64,000 bases of DNA. Origin: Bacteroidota bacterium (GTDB lineage: Bacteria; Bacteroidota; Rhodothermia; JANXDC01). The translations under genes were made by a program, and so were the position numbers. The first letter of the stretch is position 1. Every line of letters starts with the position of its first letter. The notes beneath the pieces were generated by a model. That model was given only the letters and a program-made list of their open reading frames with translations, had not been told where the DNA came from and did no database searches. Where the stretch lies: assembly GCA_025059945.1 (NCBI GenBank), contig JANXDC010000001.1, positions 1,677 through 65,676 on the forward strand, in the 5' to 3' direction. Positions 36,954 through 47,420 of the stretch are shown here, piece after piece.

Positions 36954-37631
36954 ATGTCACTGGCGCCCTTACATCCCTGGCCCGAGGACGCAGAGGAAGC
37001 GCTGCGCTGGCAGCGTCGCCTAGCTAAGCGGGTGCGGCCCGAAGGCGATCCGGGCCCGGTGCGCTACGTGCTCGGATGCGACGTGGCCTATGGCCGGGGG
37101 CGCGCCTATGCGGTGGCGCTGCTATTTGACCTCCTTACAGGCCAACAGATGGCCAGCGCCTGGGCGCAAGGGGAGGTGCGCTTTCCGTATGTGCCGGGGT
37201 TGCTGAGCTTCCGAGAGCTTCCCCTGCTGCTAGAGGCCTTCGAGCGCCTCCGGGGACCGGAGCCTGAGCTCATTCTTTGCGATGGGCAGGGTATTGCGCA
37301 TCCCCGTCAAATGGGGCTGGCCGCGCATCTGGGCTTGTGGTTGGATCGACCTACAATCGGGGTGGCCAAATCGCGCCTTTGGGGCTGGCATGAGCCGGTT
37401 CCGGAGGAGGCTCTCCGTTTTAGGCCTCTTTGGGCCAAGGGGCGCCTGTTGGGCTATGCCCTGCGCACCCGCCATCGGGGCCGGCTCGTTTACGTATCGC
37501 CCGGACACCGCATCGGCCCCGAAGCCGCGCTCCGCCTGGTGCTTGCGCTGCTGGATGGGCATCGGCTGCCGTATCCTATTCGGCTGGCCGATCGGGCCGC
37601 GCGGGCGCTCGCACGCCAAGGGCGACGTTAG
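36954..37631 (+). CDS. nfi: Endonuclease V
   Basis: GCDVAY, FPYVPGLLSFRE, DGQGIAHPR.GLA.HLG, IGVAKS, YVSPGH. Confidence 0.93.
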   Translation: MSLAPLHPWPEDAEEALRWQRRLAKRVRPEGDPGPVRYVLGCDVAYGRGRAYAVALLFDLLTGQQMASAWAQGEVRFPYVPGLLSFRELPLLLEAFERLRGPEPELILCDGQGIAHPRQMGLAAHLGLWLDRPTIGVAKSRLWGWHEPVPEEALRFRPLWAKGRLLGYALRTRHRGRLVYVSPGHRIGPEAALRLVLALLDGHRLPYPIRLADRAARALARQGRR

Positions 37632-37632
37632 C

Positions 37633-39207
37633 ATGAACCGCTTCGATGTGCTTGTAGTGGGCAGCGGTATCGGAGGCCTGAGCTATGCGCTCAAGGTGGC
37701 CGATCGCGCCAGCGTAGCCGTCGTCACCAAAGAGTCGGCCGAATCGAGCACGCATTACGCGCAGGGCGGAATAGCCGTCGTCTGGGATCCGGCCGACTCG
37801 TTTGCCGCTCACGTGCAAGACACGCTTCGGGCGGGGGCCGGCCTATGCCGGCCAGAGGTGGTTGAGATGGTCGTGCGCGAGGGTCCGGAGCGCATCCGGG
37901 AGCTTCTCGAATGGGGGGTGCCCTTTACACGCCGAGACGGCGACCTGGACCTGCATCAGGAGGGCGGGCATTCGCATCCGCGCATCGTGCACGTGCGCGA
38001 CCAGACCGGACGGGCTCTTCAGGAGGTGCTCTTGGAGCGGGCTCGGGCGCATCCGAACGTCCACCTCTTTGATCATCATATGGCCGTGGAGCTCATCACC
38101 CGAGCTGAGTCCGGACAAGGCGCCTGCTACGGGGCCTATGTGCTGGAGTCCAGCACGGGTCGAGTGCATGCGTTTCTGGCCCGCCTCACAGTGCTGGCCA
38201 CCGGTGGCGCGGGGCGCGTATACTTATACACCAGCAACCCGCCGGTCGCCACCGGAGACGGATTGGCAATGGCCTACCGGGCCGGGGCCCGCCTGGCCAA
38301 CTTGGAGTTCATCCAGTTTCACCCCACGACGCTGTATCATCCCGAAGCGGATGGGTTTCTATTGTCCGAGGCGCTGCGCGGCTATGGGGCTTATTTGCGT
38401 ACGGCTGATGGAGAGCGCTTCATGCTGCGCTACGATGAGCGAGCCGAATTGGCCCCTCGGGATGTAGTGGCGCGTGCCATCGAGCTTGAGCGCGAACGCC
38501 GAAATCAGCCGTGCGTGTACCTGGACGTGACACACAAGCCGGCCTCGGAGGTTCGCGAGCGCTTTCCGTACCTCTACCAGACGTGCCTGCGCTACGGAAT
38601 CGACATAACGCGTCAGTGGATTCCCGTGGTGCCGGCCGCCCATTACGTGTGCGGCGGGGTGGTAGTAGACCTCTGGGGGCGCACGACGCTACCGCGCCTG
38701 TATGCGATCGGAGAGGTCTCCCATACCGGGCTACATGGAGCCAACCGATTGGCAAGCAACGCGCTTCTGGAGGCGCTCGTCTACGCCCATCGCGCTGCTC
38801 AGGCCACGCTGGCCGAGTTGCGGATGTTTGCGCTTCCGCGCCAGGTCCCGGACTGGGAGGGCCCCGTCGGCGCGGAGCCCGAGCAGGGCTTGCCTCTTGT
38901 AGAGCGTCGCGAACGGCTGCGCCAAACGATGAGCGAATGCGTGGGCCTTGTGCGCAGCCCGAAGCGGCTGGAGCGCGCACGGCGCCGTGTGCGGCGGCTG
39001 CTAAAAGAGCTGGAGGCTCTATCCGGAAGCGCCCGACCCTCGGTTGCCCTGCTAGAGCTGCGCAACCTGACGCAGACGGCTTATCTTATCATCCGAGCGG
39101 CCTTATGGCGCCGTGAGAGCCGAGGCCTGCACTACAGAACGGACTATCCCGAGCCGGATCCCCGATTTCTGCGAGATACGATCCTGGAGGCTGCAAAGAT
39201 CTGGTAA
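37633..39207 (+). CDS. nadB: L-aspartate oxidase
   Basis: GSGIGGL, YAQGGIA, EGGHS, FIQFHPT, ELAPRDVVAR, AHYVCGG, GLHGANRLASN, ESRGLHY. Confidence 0.95.
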   Translation: MNRFDVLVVGSGIGGLSYALKVADRASVAVVTKESAESSTHYAQGGIAVVWDPADSFAAHVQDTLRAGAGLCRPEVVEMVVREGPERIRELLEWGVPFTRRDGDLDLHQEGGHSHPRIVHVRDQTGRALQEVLLERARAHPNVHLFDHHMAVELITRAESGQGACYGAYVLESSTGRVHAFLARLTVLATGGAGRVYLYTSNPPVATGDGLAMAYRAGARLANLEFIQFHPTTLYHPEADGFLLSEALRGYGAYLRTADGERFMLRYDERAELAPRDVVARAIELERERRNQPCVYLDVTHKPASEVRERFPYLYQTCLRYGIDITRQWIPVVPAAHYVCGGVVVDLWGRTTLPRLYAIGEVSHTGLHGANRLASNALLEALVYAHRAAQATLAELRMFALPRQVPDWEGPVGAEPEQGLPLVERRERLRQTMSECVGLVRSPKRLERARRRVRRLLKELEALSGSARPSVALLELRNLTQTAYLIIRAALWRRESRGLHYRTDYPEPDPRFLRDTILEAAKIW

Positions 39208-39283
39208 CAAACCCCTCATGGCGTTGTTCGGAGGCTAGCGGGGGTCTATTTTCCATCGCCTCACAGCAAGGGGGTTCCGTCCT

Positions 39284-40768
39284 ATGTTGCGCGTAGGAGC
39301 TTTCGGCTTTGTGCTTCTTGGGCTTCTGTCCGCATCGGTTCCGACGCAGGCCCAGCGCCGTCTTTCGCCGGATACCCTGATTGTTCAGCAGCGCACCGCC
39401 CTCATCCAAGGTCAGCGCATCCCGTACCGCGCGGTGGCCGGCACGCAGCCCGTCTGGAACCGGGCCGGCCGGCCGATCGCCTATGTGTTCTACGTCTATT
39501 ATGAGCGCACGGATGTGCCCAATCGGGCTGAACGGCCGCTTCTGATCTCCTTTAACGGCGGGCCGGGTTCGGCCTCCGTCTGGATGCATATCGGCTATAC
39601 GGGCCCGCGCCGGGTGCGGATTGACTCCGAAGGTTTCCCCGTGCAACCCTACGGCATAGAGGACAATCCGCACGCGATCCTGGACGTGGCCGACATCCTG
39701 TACGTGGACCCCGTTAACACGGGCTTTTCGCGGGCGCTGTCCGATACGGTGAACCTGCGCCAGTTTTTCGGGGTCAACGAGGACGTGGCCTATCTGGCGG
39801 ATTGGATCGCACACTGGGTCAGCCGAAACGGCCGATGGGCTTCGCCCAAGTTCCTGATCGGGGAAAGCTACGGCACCACGCGCGTCTCGGGCCTGGCCGG
39901 CGTCCTTCAAGAGCGGCACTGGATGTATCTGAATGGCGTCATCCTGGTCTCTCCAACCGGGCTGGGCATCCCCCGAGACGGCCCCGTTGGGCAGGCGCTG
40001 CTGCTCCCTTATTACGCGGCCGCTGCGTACTATCATCGGCGTTTGAGTCCGGATCTGCAGAGCCGCAGCCTGGAGGCCCTCCTGGCCGAAGTAGAGGCCT
40101 TTGCGATCGATACTTACTTGCCTGCCCTGGCCCGGGGCGGGTTCCTTGAGCCGGAGCGTCGGCGTGAAGTCGCCCGTCAAGTCGCCCGCTACTCGGGTCT
40201 TGCCGAGACGGTCGTGCTCGCCTATAACCTAGCCGTTCCCCGAAACGTTTTCTGGAAGGAGCTGCTGCGCGATCAAGCGCTGACCATAGGCCGGTTGGAT
40301 TCCCGCTATCGGGGGCTTGATCGACAAGCGGCGGGCGAGCAGTTTGACCATGATCCCGCGCTGTCGGCCTGGAATCACGCTTTTACGCCGGCCATCAACC
40401 AATATCTGCGCGCAGAGCTCGGCGTGCGCACGGATTTGGAGTATTGGATCTTCGGCCCTGTGCAGCCTTGGAATCGACAGGGGGATCAGACCGGCGAACA
40501 GCTCCGCCGCGCTATGGCCCAAAACCCATATTTGCAGGTGCTCTTCCAGGTGGGCTACTTCGATGGGGGCACGGACTACTTCTCGGCCAAGTACACGATG
40601 TGGCAATTGGACCCTAGTGGCAAGCTGCGCGACCGGTTTGTGTTCAAGGGCTACCCCAGCGGGCACATGATGTATCTGCGCGACGAGGACCTTAAGCGCG
40701 CCAACGACGATCTGCGCGCCTTTATCCGGCAGGCCGTCGAGGCCGCCCGCAAACCGGCCCGCTACTAG
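39284..40768 (+). CDS. S10 family serine carboxypeptidase, exported
   Basis: Signal peptide; FNGGPGSAS, DPVNTGFS, GESYG, GYFD, SGHMMY. Confidence 0.9.
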   Translation: MLRVGAFGFVLLGLLSASVPTQAQRRLSPDTLIVQQRTALIQGQRIPYRAVAGTQPVWNRAGRPIAYVFYVYYERTDVPNRAERPLLISFNGGPGSASVWMHIGYTGPRRVRIDSEGFPVQPYGIEDNPHAILDVADILYVDPVNTGFSRALSDTVNLRQFFGVNEDVAYLADWIAHWVSRNGRWASPKFLIGESYGTTRVSGLAGVLQERHWMYLNGVILVSPTGLGIPRDGPVGQALLLPYYAAAAYYHRRLSPDLQSRSLEALLAEVEAFAIDTYLPALARGGFLEPERRREVARQVARYSGLAETVVLAYNLAVPRNVFWKELLRDQALTIGRLDSRYRGLDRQAAGEQFDHDPALSAWNHAFTPAINQYLRAELGVRTDLEYWIFGPVQPWNRQGDQTGEQLRRAMAQNPYLQVLFQVGYFDGGTDYFSAKYTMWQLDPSGKLRDRFVFKGYPSGHMMYLRDEDLKRANDDLRAFIRQAVEAARKPARY

Positions 40769-40802
40769 GGGCCTCGATTTTTGCTTTTGGGGGCGTATGC
40801 CC

Positions 40803-40810
40803 TAAGTTTG
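40803..40810 (+). promoter_or_regulatory. Bacteroidota-type -7 promoter element
   Basis: TAAGTTTG about 40 nt upstream of the NtrC-family gene. Confidence 0.55.
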
Positions 40811-40850
40811 CACCTGTTCCAAGCTGGAACAAAGCTGAGGAACGGGTCCT

Positions 40851-42260
40851 ATGCCCGCATCTGCGCACATCCTCATCGCCGAAGACGACCCGCAGGTGCG
40901 CCTGCCTCTACAGCGGTTTCTGGAGAACCAGGGCTTTTGGGTCGAAGCCGTAGGTACAGGTGAAGACGCCATCGAGCACATCGCCTCGGGCCGATACGAT
41001 TTGGTGATCACGGATCTGCGCATGGGGGAGACAGGGGGGCTGGAGGTGCTCGAATACGCCCGCCGGCAGCCCACCCCGCCGGAGGTGATCGTGATCACGA
41101 AATACGCCACCGTGGGCACGGCCGTCAACGCCATGCGGTTGGGCGCTTTCGATTATCTGGTCAAGCCCATTCGGCATGAGGAGCTTCTGCTCATTATCGA
41201 GAAGGCCCTGGAAAAGCGCCGCCTCATGATAGAGGTGCAGAACCTGCGCCGGCAGGTGCAGCACCGCTTCAGCTTCGAGAACATCATCGCCTATTCGGAG
41301 GCCATGCTGGCCGTAATCAAGAAGGCCAAGCGCGTGGCGCTTACCAATGCTACGCTCCTGATCGAGGGCGAATCCGGAACAGGCAAGGAGCTGCTGGCCA
41401 AGGCCATTCATCAGCACAGCCGTCGCGCCGCAGGTCCTTATGTGGCGATCAACTGCGGAGCCTTGCCGGAGTCGCTTCTGGAAAGCGAGCTTTTCGGCTA
41501 CAAAAAGGGCGCCTTTACCGGGGCTGTCTCCGACAAACCCGGGCTGATTGAGGAGGCCAACGGCGGCACGCTGTTTTTGGATGAGATCGGGGAGATGCCC
41601 CTGTCTGTGCAGGTGAAGCTTCTGCGCGTGCTGCAGGAGGGGGAAATCCGCCGTGTGGGCGATGTGCAGCTGCGCCGGGTAGATGTGCGCGTGATCGCGG
41701 CCACGAACCGCGATCTGGGTCGGCTCGTAGAACAGGGTCGGTTCCGCGAGGATCTGTACTACCGGCTCAACGTGATTCCGATCCGTATTCCGCCTTTGCG
41801 GGAGCGCAAGGAGGACATCCCGCCCCTGGTCAAGCATTTCCTGGCCAAGTTTTCCGAAGAGCTCCGACACCCGGTCAAGGAGATCACGCCGGAGGCCATG
41901 GAGGCCCTGCTGCGTTATGATTGGCCGGGCAACGTGCGGGAGCTGGAGAACACGATCGAACGCTGCGTGATTCTGTCGCATGACGACGTGATCGGGCCAG
42001 AGGATCTGCCGGAGTGGGCCCGGAGAGAGCAGCCGGCTCCTCCTATGGCTGCGGAAGCTGCCCATGACGGTCAGGCTGTGAGCTGGGGGCAGATCTGCCC
42101 AGAGTGGACGCTTGCGGAACTGGAACGCTGGTACATCTTGGAGACGTTGCGTCGTTACGCATACAACCAATCGCAGGCCGCCCGGCATTTGGGGATCGGA
42201 CGCAACACGCTCTGGAAGAAGCTTAAGCAATACGGGATCCGCATCCATAGAACCGTCTGA
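40851..42260 (+). CDS. Sigma54-dependent response regulator (NtrC/AtoC family)
   Basis: Receiver domain (AEDD, TDLRM, KP); [39 protein letters not shown]; Fis-type HTH. Confidence 0.95.
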   Translation: MPASAHILIAEDDPQVRLPLQRFLENQGFWVEAVGTGEDAIEHIASGRYDLVITDLRMGETGGLEVLEYARRQPTPPEVIVITKYATVGTAVNAMRLGAFDYLVKPIRHEELLLIIEKALEKRRLMIEVQNLRRQVQHRFSFENIIAYSEAMLAVIKKAKRVALTNATLLIEGESGTGKELLAKAIHQHSRRAAGPYVAINCGALPESLLESELFGYKKGAFTGAVSDKPGLIEEANGGTLFLDEIGEMPLSVQVKLLRVLQEGEIRRVGDVQLRRVDVRVIAATNRDLGRLVEQGRFREDLYYRLNVIPIRIPPLRERKEDIPPLVKHFLAKFSEELRHPVKEITPEAMEALLRYDWPGNVRELENTIERCVILSHDDVIGPEDLPEWARREQPAPPMAAEAAHDGQAVSWGQICPEWTLAELERWYILETLRRYAYNQSQAARHLGIGRNTLWKKLKQYGIRIHRTV

Positions 42261-42268
42261 AAGGCCCC

Positions 42269-43042
42269 ATGGCTCACCTCGTAGAACCCGAAGTTGGACT
42301 CCCCTACACGCCGGACTGGACCCACGCCGAAGTCCCTTTTCCATGGGAGCGGTGGTTCGGACGCGTGGCGCCTCTGCGTGTGGAGATCGGCTTCGGAAAC
42401 GGGGAGTTCCTAGCGGCCATGACCGCTCGCCACCCGGATCGCAACTGGGTCGGAATCGAAATTTCGCGCATCAGCGTGCACAAGGCCGATAAGAGGCTAT
42501 CGGCGCACGCCCTTGAACATGTGCGGCTTTTGCACGGGGACGCGCGCTTGTTTCTGCTCATAGGGTTCGCCCCGCAAACGGTAGAGACGGTCTATTTCAA
42601 CTGCCCCGATCCCTGGTTCAAAAAGCGCCATCACAAACACCGCCTCTTACAGCCCGAGATGGTGCAGCTGCTGGCCAACCGGCTATCACCGGAAGGCGAG
42701 CTCTGGGTGGTGACGGATACGGTGGAATTTCGCGACCACCTGCTGGAGGTCCTGCCCAGCTCCGCCGTGTTCGCTCCTGCTGCAGAAGGTCTGTACGCGG
42801 AGACCCTACCCGAGGCCTATCCTCTTACCAAATACATGCGTCAGGGCATAGCCGAAGGCCGCAGGTTGTATTTTTTCCGCTGGCGGAAGGTTGGACATCC
42901 GGAGGTGGATCCGGCCGTTTACGCGGGGCGATTTTACCTCAAGGAGTCCTTAGCGCGCTACGCAGAGCCCGTGCGGCTGCGCATCCTGGAGCAGCTCCGC
43001 CGGGCCTGGGCGTTTAAGGAGCCGGCCGCAACATACCCGTGA
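42269..43042 (+). CDS. trmB: tRNA (guanine-N7)-methyltransferase
   Basis: EIGFGNG, GIEIS, PDPWFKKRHHKHRL, VTD, TKY. Confidence 0.92.
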   Translation: MAHLVEPEVGLPYTPDWTHAEVPFPWERWFGRVAPLRVEIGFGNGEFLAAMTARHPDRNWVGIEISRISVHKADKRLSAHALEHVRLLHGDARLFLLIGFAPQTVETVYFNCPDPWFKKRHHKHRLLQPEMVQLLANRLSPEGELWVVTDTVEFRDHLLEVLPSSAVFAPAAEGLYAETLPEAYPLTKYMRQGIAEGRRLYFFRWRKVGHPEVDPAVYAGRFYLKESLARYAEPVRLRILEQLRRAWAFKEPAATYP

Positions 43043-43598
43043 TCCCACTACGGATCATGGACACGGCGATGGCCGAAAGAAACAGGCTTGCGATCTTGCC
43101 AAAGGCCTTGGCGCCGGCTTCTCCCGTAACGCGTCGGATGTGTCCGCCGAAGAGCAAAATCAATCCGGACAGCACAAGGTTGGCCACCAAAGCCAGAAGC
43201 GTGATGAGGTAGCCGTACTGGGAGACGAGCACTAGGATCGTTGTAATCGCCGCCGGCCCTACGGTAAGCGGGATACCAATGGGCACCACCCCAGCGGAGG
43301 CGTCCCGACGGCGGCGCTCCTCGACGGAAAACAAAACGTCGTAGATCCCCAGCACCAACAGGATAAGCCCGCCCGCCACGCGCAGATCATGAAGCGTAAT
43401 GCCTAGAAAGCGGAAGACGAATTGGCCGGCAAATAGAATCAGCAGCGCAAGCCCAAAAGCGGCCGAGAGCGCCTGGTACACAAGGCGTCTACGCTCGGTC
43501 GGTGAGAGCCCCTCGGTCAGACCCAGATATATCGGAAGCACGCCTAGCGTGTTCAAGGCGACGAAGAGGGGAATGAAGGCCTCAAGAAAAGCCCGCAT
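43014..43598 (-). CDS. MarC family membrane protein
   Basis: FIPLFVALN, GGLIL, VPIGIPLTVGPAAITT. Confidence 0.9.
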   Translation of the reverse strand: MRAFLEAFIPLFVALNTLGVLPIYLGLTEGLSPTERRRLVYQALSAAFGLALLILFAGQFVFRFLGITLHDLRVAGGLILLVLGIYDVLFSVEERRRRDASAGVVPIGIPLTVGPAAITTILVLVSQYGYLITLLALVANLVLSGLILLFGGHIRRVTGEAGAKAFGKIASLFLSAIAVSMIRSGITGMLRPAP

Positions 43599-43636
43599 GG
43601 GTCGGCTTCTAAGTGTGTGCGGCGAAGGTAATCCTT

Positions 43637-45292
43637 ATGAGGCGCTTTGAGCAACGAACCGAACCGGAGCTAGCTTCGCTCTATGAGCCGCAGCGTTTCT
43701 GGAATCGGCCCGTGGTGATTCTGGATTGCGAAAGCACGGGTGTCCGAGTCGAACGCGACCGGATCATCGAGCTCGCCCTCTGGCGCATAGATCCGGAGGG
43801 GAGGCAAGAGCGCTTCGCGAGCCTCCTCAACCCTGAGACGTGGTTACCCCCTCACATTGCGGCCCTTACGGGCATCCGGCCAGCCGAGCTTTGGCGGGCT
43901 CCGCGTTTTCAGGACCTATGGCCAAAGTTGCATCCTTTACTTGAGGGGGCCGTGCTGGTGGGCCATAACGTCCGCTTCGATGTGCGCCTTTTGCAGGCCG
44001 AGCTGCGTCGGCTGGGGGTTGCATGGAAGCCTGGGCCGACCCTGTGCACCCTGCGGCTAGCGCGTCGGCTGCTCCCGGGCCTTCCGAGCCGCTCGCTGGA
44101 CGCTTTGGCGAAGTATTTGGGCCTAGAACCTCGTCTGCGGCACCGGGCCATGCCCGATGTAGAGCTGACCAAACAGATTCTGGATTTTCTCGCGCATCAG
44201 GCTGCCCAGCAAGAGGGGTTGCGCTCGCTTGCGGAGCTGCTCTCCTGGCAGTACGCGAGCAAGTACCTGCGCACGCAGGTCCCTAGTTTGCGCGCGCTGG
44301 AGCCCGTGCTGCGCCAGGTGCCCAAGACCCCTGGCATATACCGTTTCTACGGTTCAGACGGGCAGCTACTCTATGTGGGCAAAGCCGCATGCCTACGCAA
44401 GCGGGTGCAAAGCCACTTCACGGCCTTGGACAGCAAGCCCGTACACCTGCAGGGCCTCATAAAACGTGTAAGCGCCATTGAGTGGCAGGAGGCGCGCTGC
44501 GAGCTGGAGGCCCTGCTTATGGAGGCTTGGGAGATCGCACGATATCGACCGCCCTTCAACCGACAGGGTGCGCGTCCTGCGCGCGGGTTTTTCGTTCGCC
44601 TAGCTCCTCCTGGTGAGCGGTTTGCGGTGCACTGGACTTTTGACGTCGACCCAGAGGATTCGGGCCACTACTATGGGCCCTTTCGACGTCGAGATTGGGC
44701 CGCTCGGGTAGTCGACCTGGTTCGGGAGCACATCTCAGGCTTGCCTGAAGAGAAGCGCTGGGCGGTCGCACGGCGTTTTTTATCTCAAGCTTCCAATGGC
44801 ATCTTGGAGGCGGTGCGGGTCCGCATGCTACGGGCAGCAGAAGAAGAGGATTTCGAAGAGGCCATCGCGTGGCGGGAGCTATGGAGCGAACTACGCCGCG
44901 TGCTCGGTTGGATGCCCGAAGGGCCCGCTTCCCTGGAGTCGGGCAATACGTTAGGACGCGAGCACGCGGGTCGCTCAGTGCGGCTGTGGCTGGTGCGCGG
45001 CGGATCCTGGATGGGCGTGCGCGATTTTCCGGCCTCGATCTCCCCGTCGATCCTGGCCGAGGCCCTGGCTCGATGGTGGGCCGAAGCCGTCGTGGAATGG
45101 CCCCCTGGGGTTAAGCGCGCGCCCCGTTGGTGGCGCATTCGTGAGCGGCGGCTGCTGTTGCGCTGGATAGCGCTTCATGGAACGCGGGATCGCGTGTTTG
45201 CCTTGGGCCCAGAGCCTGATTGGCTGGAGGCCGCCCGGTGGGCTCTATCGGACTTGCCCCCCATCTTGCCGCCCAAGCAGAGTCCGTTGTAG
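43637..45292 (+). CDS. DEDDh (DnaQ-like) exonuclease fused to GIY-YIG (UvrC-like) nuclease domain
   Basis: LDCESTG, GHNVRFD, HRAMPD; PGIYRFY..LLYVGKA..LRKRVQSHF; ELEALLME; UVR-like AAEEEDFEEA. Confidence 0.88.
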   Translation: MRRFEQRTEPELASLYEPQRFWNRPVVILDCESTGVRVERDRIIELALWRIDPEGRQERFASLLNPETWLPPHIAALTGIRPAELWRAPRFQDLWPKLHPLLEGAVLVGHNVRFDVRLLQAELRRLGVAWKPGPTLCTLRLARRLLPGLPSRSLDALAKYLGLEPRLRHRAMPDVELTKQILDFLAHQAAQQEGLRSLAELLSWQYASKYLRTQVPSLRALEPVLRQVPKTPGIYRFYGSDGQLLYVGKAACLRKRVQSHFTALDSKPVHLQGLIKRVSAIEWQEARCELEALLMEAWEIARYRPPFNRQGARPARGFFVRLAPPGERFAVHWTFDVDPEDSGHYYGPFRRRDWAARVVDLVREHISGLPEEKRWAVARRFLSQASNGILEAVRVRMLRAAEEEDFEEAIAWRELWSELRRVLGWMPEGPASLESGNTLGREHAGRSVRLWLVRGGSWMGVRDFPASISPSILAEALARWWAEAVVEWPPGVKRAPRWWRIRERRLLLRWIALHGTRDRVFALGPEPDWLEAARWALSDLPPILPPKQSPL

Positions 45293-45323
45293 CTTGCCCT
45301 GCGTCAAGCAGGCGGAACCGCTC

Positions 45324-47420
45324 ATGAAAGCCGAACAAGCCGGGCTTGCGGCCACAGCATGGTCGCAAGGGATCCGCTGGGAGGAAGTGGCGCGGTTATT
45401 TCTGCTCTCTCGGGCTCTGGATCGAATCGAGGAGCAGGAGCTCGTGCCCCAGCGCCTGGTGACGTATCAGTTCTCGGCCCGAGGCCATGAGCTGGTGCAG
45501 ATCCTCCTGGGCTTGGCCTTGCGCCATCCCCACGACGGGGCGGCCGTCTATTACCGCTCGCGCCCCTTTATGCTCTCCGTCGGGCTGACGCCAGTTGAGG
45601 CGCTGCGGGCCACGATGGGCAGGTCCCAAAGCCCCTCTGAGGGCCGCGACATCGGGGTGGTCTTCAACATGCCTCCTAGGCTCGGAGTAACGGTCCTGCC
45701 CATGAGCGGCGACGTGGGCGCTCAGTTCACCCCGGCTGTGGGATGGGCACAGGCCATTCGGTACCGGACCGAGGTGCTGGGGCACGCCGACTGGAACGGG
45801 GCCATAGCGGCCGCCTTGGCCGGAGATGCGGCCTGCGCCACAGGCGGGTTCTGGGCCGCGCTGACGATCGCCACCACGCTTCGGTTGCCCATGTTATTTT
45901 TCATCGAGGACAACGGCTACGGCATCTCCGTGCCCGCCGCGCTGCAAATCCCCGGAGGTAACATCGCCCAAGCCCTACGGGCCTTTCCTCAGCTAAAGGT
46001 TTTCGACGCCGACGGCACAGATCCTCAGGAGGCCGCTCAGACGATCCAGGAGGCCGTGGGCCTGTTGCGGGAGGGCGAAGGCCCGGTATTGGCGCGCTTT
46101 TCCGTACCGCGCCTGTGCGGGCATTCCGTTACGGATAACCAAGCCTACAAATCCCCCGAAGAACGAGCCCAAGAAGAGGCCCGAGACCCACTGCGCAGGT
46201 TGCGGCAATGGATGGCGCGCACGGCGGGATGGGACGAGGCGCACTGGGCGGAGGAGGAAGAGGCCGCCGAGCGCCGGGTGCGGCAGGCGCTTGCAGAGGC
46301 CCTGCGGACGCCGGAGCCGGATCCTCAGACGGTGACCCGGTTCGTATACCATGAACCGGCGCATCCGCAGCAGGTGGGGGGGCTGCTTCCGGAAGGTTGG
46401 CGTCCGGAACCCACAGAGCCGGAGCCGCGGCCCTCGGATCGAACGCGGATCAACATGGGGGAGGCGATCCGGCGCACGTTGCGCTCGGAACTATCCCGCA
46501 ATCCCCGAATGCTCGTTTTCGGCGAGGATGTGGGCCTAAAGGGGGGCGTGCACGGCGTCACCTTGGATCTTCAGCGGGAATTCGGTCCGGCGCGCGTTTT
46601 CGATACTTCCCTCAATGAAGAGGGCATCATAGGGCGCGCTTTGGGTATGGCCCTGGCCGGCCTGCTGCCGGTTCCGGAGATCCAGTTTCGCAAGTACGCC
46701 GATCCAGCCACCGAGCAGCTCAACGACATAGGGACGATCCGGTGGCGCACGGCCGGCCGCTTTGCCGCGCCGATGGTGGTGCGCATCCCCGTTGGACATG
46801 GCCGCCGCACCGGAGATCCCTGGCACAGTGTCTCCGGGGAGGCCGTTTTCGCGCACACCCCCGGCTGGGTGATCCTGTATCCCTCGGATGCCGAGGAGGC
46901 CGTGGGGCTGCTGCGCTCGGCGCTGCGGGGCAACGATCCGGTTTTGTTCTTGGAACACCGGGCCCTACTGGACGCCCCGGAAGCCCGGCGCCCCTATCCG
47001 GGGGACGATTACGGGATCCCCATCGGACGGGCGAGGCGGGTTCGGTCGGGTTCGGCCCTTACCGTGGTCAGTTGGGGTGAGGCCCTGCATCGGGTTCTGG
47101 CCGCCATAGAGGGGCTTGAGGAGCAAGCCATTGAGGTGTTGGACCTGCGCACGGTGCATCCCTGGGATCGGGAGACGGTCTTTGCTTCCGTGCGCAAAAC
47201 AGGTCGCCTTCTGGTGGTGCACGAGGATACGCGCACCTGCGGGATCGGGGCCGAAATGCTGGCGGCGGTCTGCGAGGAGCTCTTCGAGTACCTCGATGCG
47301 CCCGTAGCGCGCTTGGCTGTCCCCGACGTGCCGGTCCCGTACAACCGGGGCCTTATGGAGGCTGTCTTGCCCTCGGTGGAGCGCATCCGCCAAAACATAG
47401 AGCGGCTCCTGCGCTACTGA
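45324..47420 (+). CDS. 2-oxoacid (likely branched-chain) dehydrogenase E1, fused alpha/beta
   Basis: GDAA...EDNGYGIS TPP motif; GHS; FGEDVG..GGV; EIQF; HS; LEHR; DLRT; HED. Confidence 0.9.
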   Translation: MKAEQAGLAATAWSQGIRWEEVARLFLLSRALDRIEEQELVPQRLVTYQFSARGHELVQILLGLALRHPHDGAAVYYRSRPFMLSVGLTPVEALRATMGRSQSPSEGRDIGVVFNMPPRLGVTVLPMSGDVGAQFTPAVGWAQAIRYRTEVLGHADWNGAIAAALAGDAACATGGFWAALTIATTLRLPMLFFIEDNGYGISVPAALQIPGGNIAQALRAFPQLKVFDADGTDPQEAAQTIQEAVGLLREGEGPVLARFSVPRLCGHSVTDNQAYKSPEERAQEEARDPLRRLRQWMARTAGWDEAHWAEEEEAAERRVRQALAEALRTPEPDPQTVTRFVYHEPAHPQQVGGLLPEGWRPEPTEPEPRPSDRTRINMGEAIRRTLRSELSRNPRMLVFGEDVGLKGGVHGVTLDLQREFGPARVFDTSLNEEGIIGRALGMALAGLLPVPEIQFRKYADPATEQLNDIGTIRWRTAGRFAAPMVVRIPVGHGRRTGDPWHSVSGEAVFAHTPGWVILYPSDAEEAVGLLRSALRGNDPVLFLEHRALLDAPEARRPYPGDDYGIPIGRARRVRSGSALTVVSWGEALHRVLAAIEGLEEQAIEVLDLRTVHPWDRETVFASVRKTGRLLVVHEDTRTCGIGAEMLAAVCEELFEYLDAPVARLAVPDVPVPYNRGLMEAVLPSVERIRQNIERLLRY

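Noticed and set aside
40908..42344. 478-aa antisense ORF (similarly 39089-40180, 51062-52150, and same-strand 687-1835)
   Set aside because: Shadow ORFs overlapping well-supported genes, expected in high-GC DNA, with no recognisable motifs.
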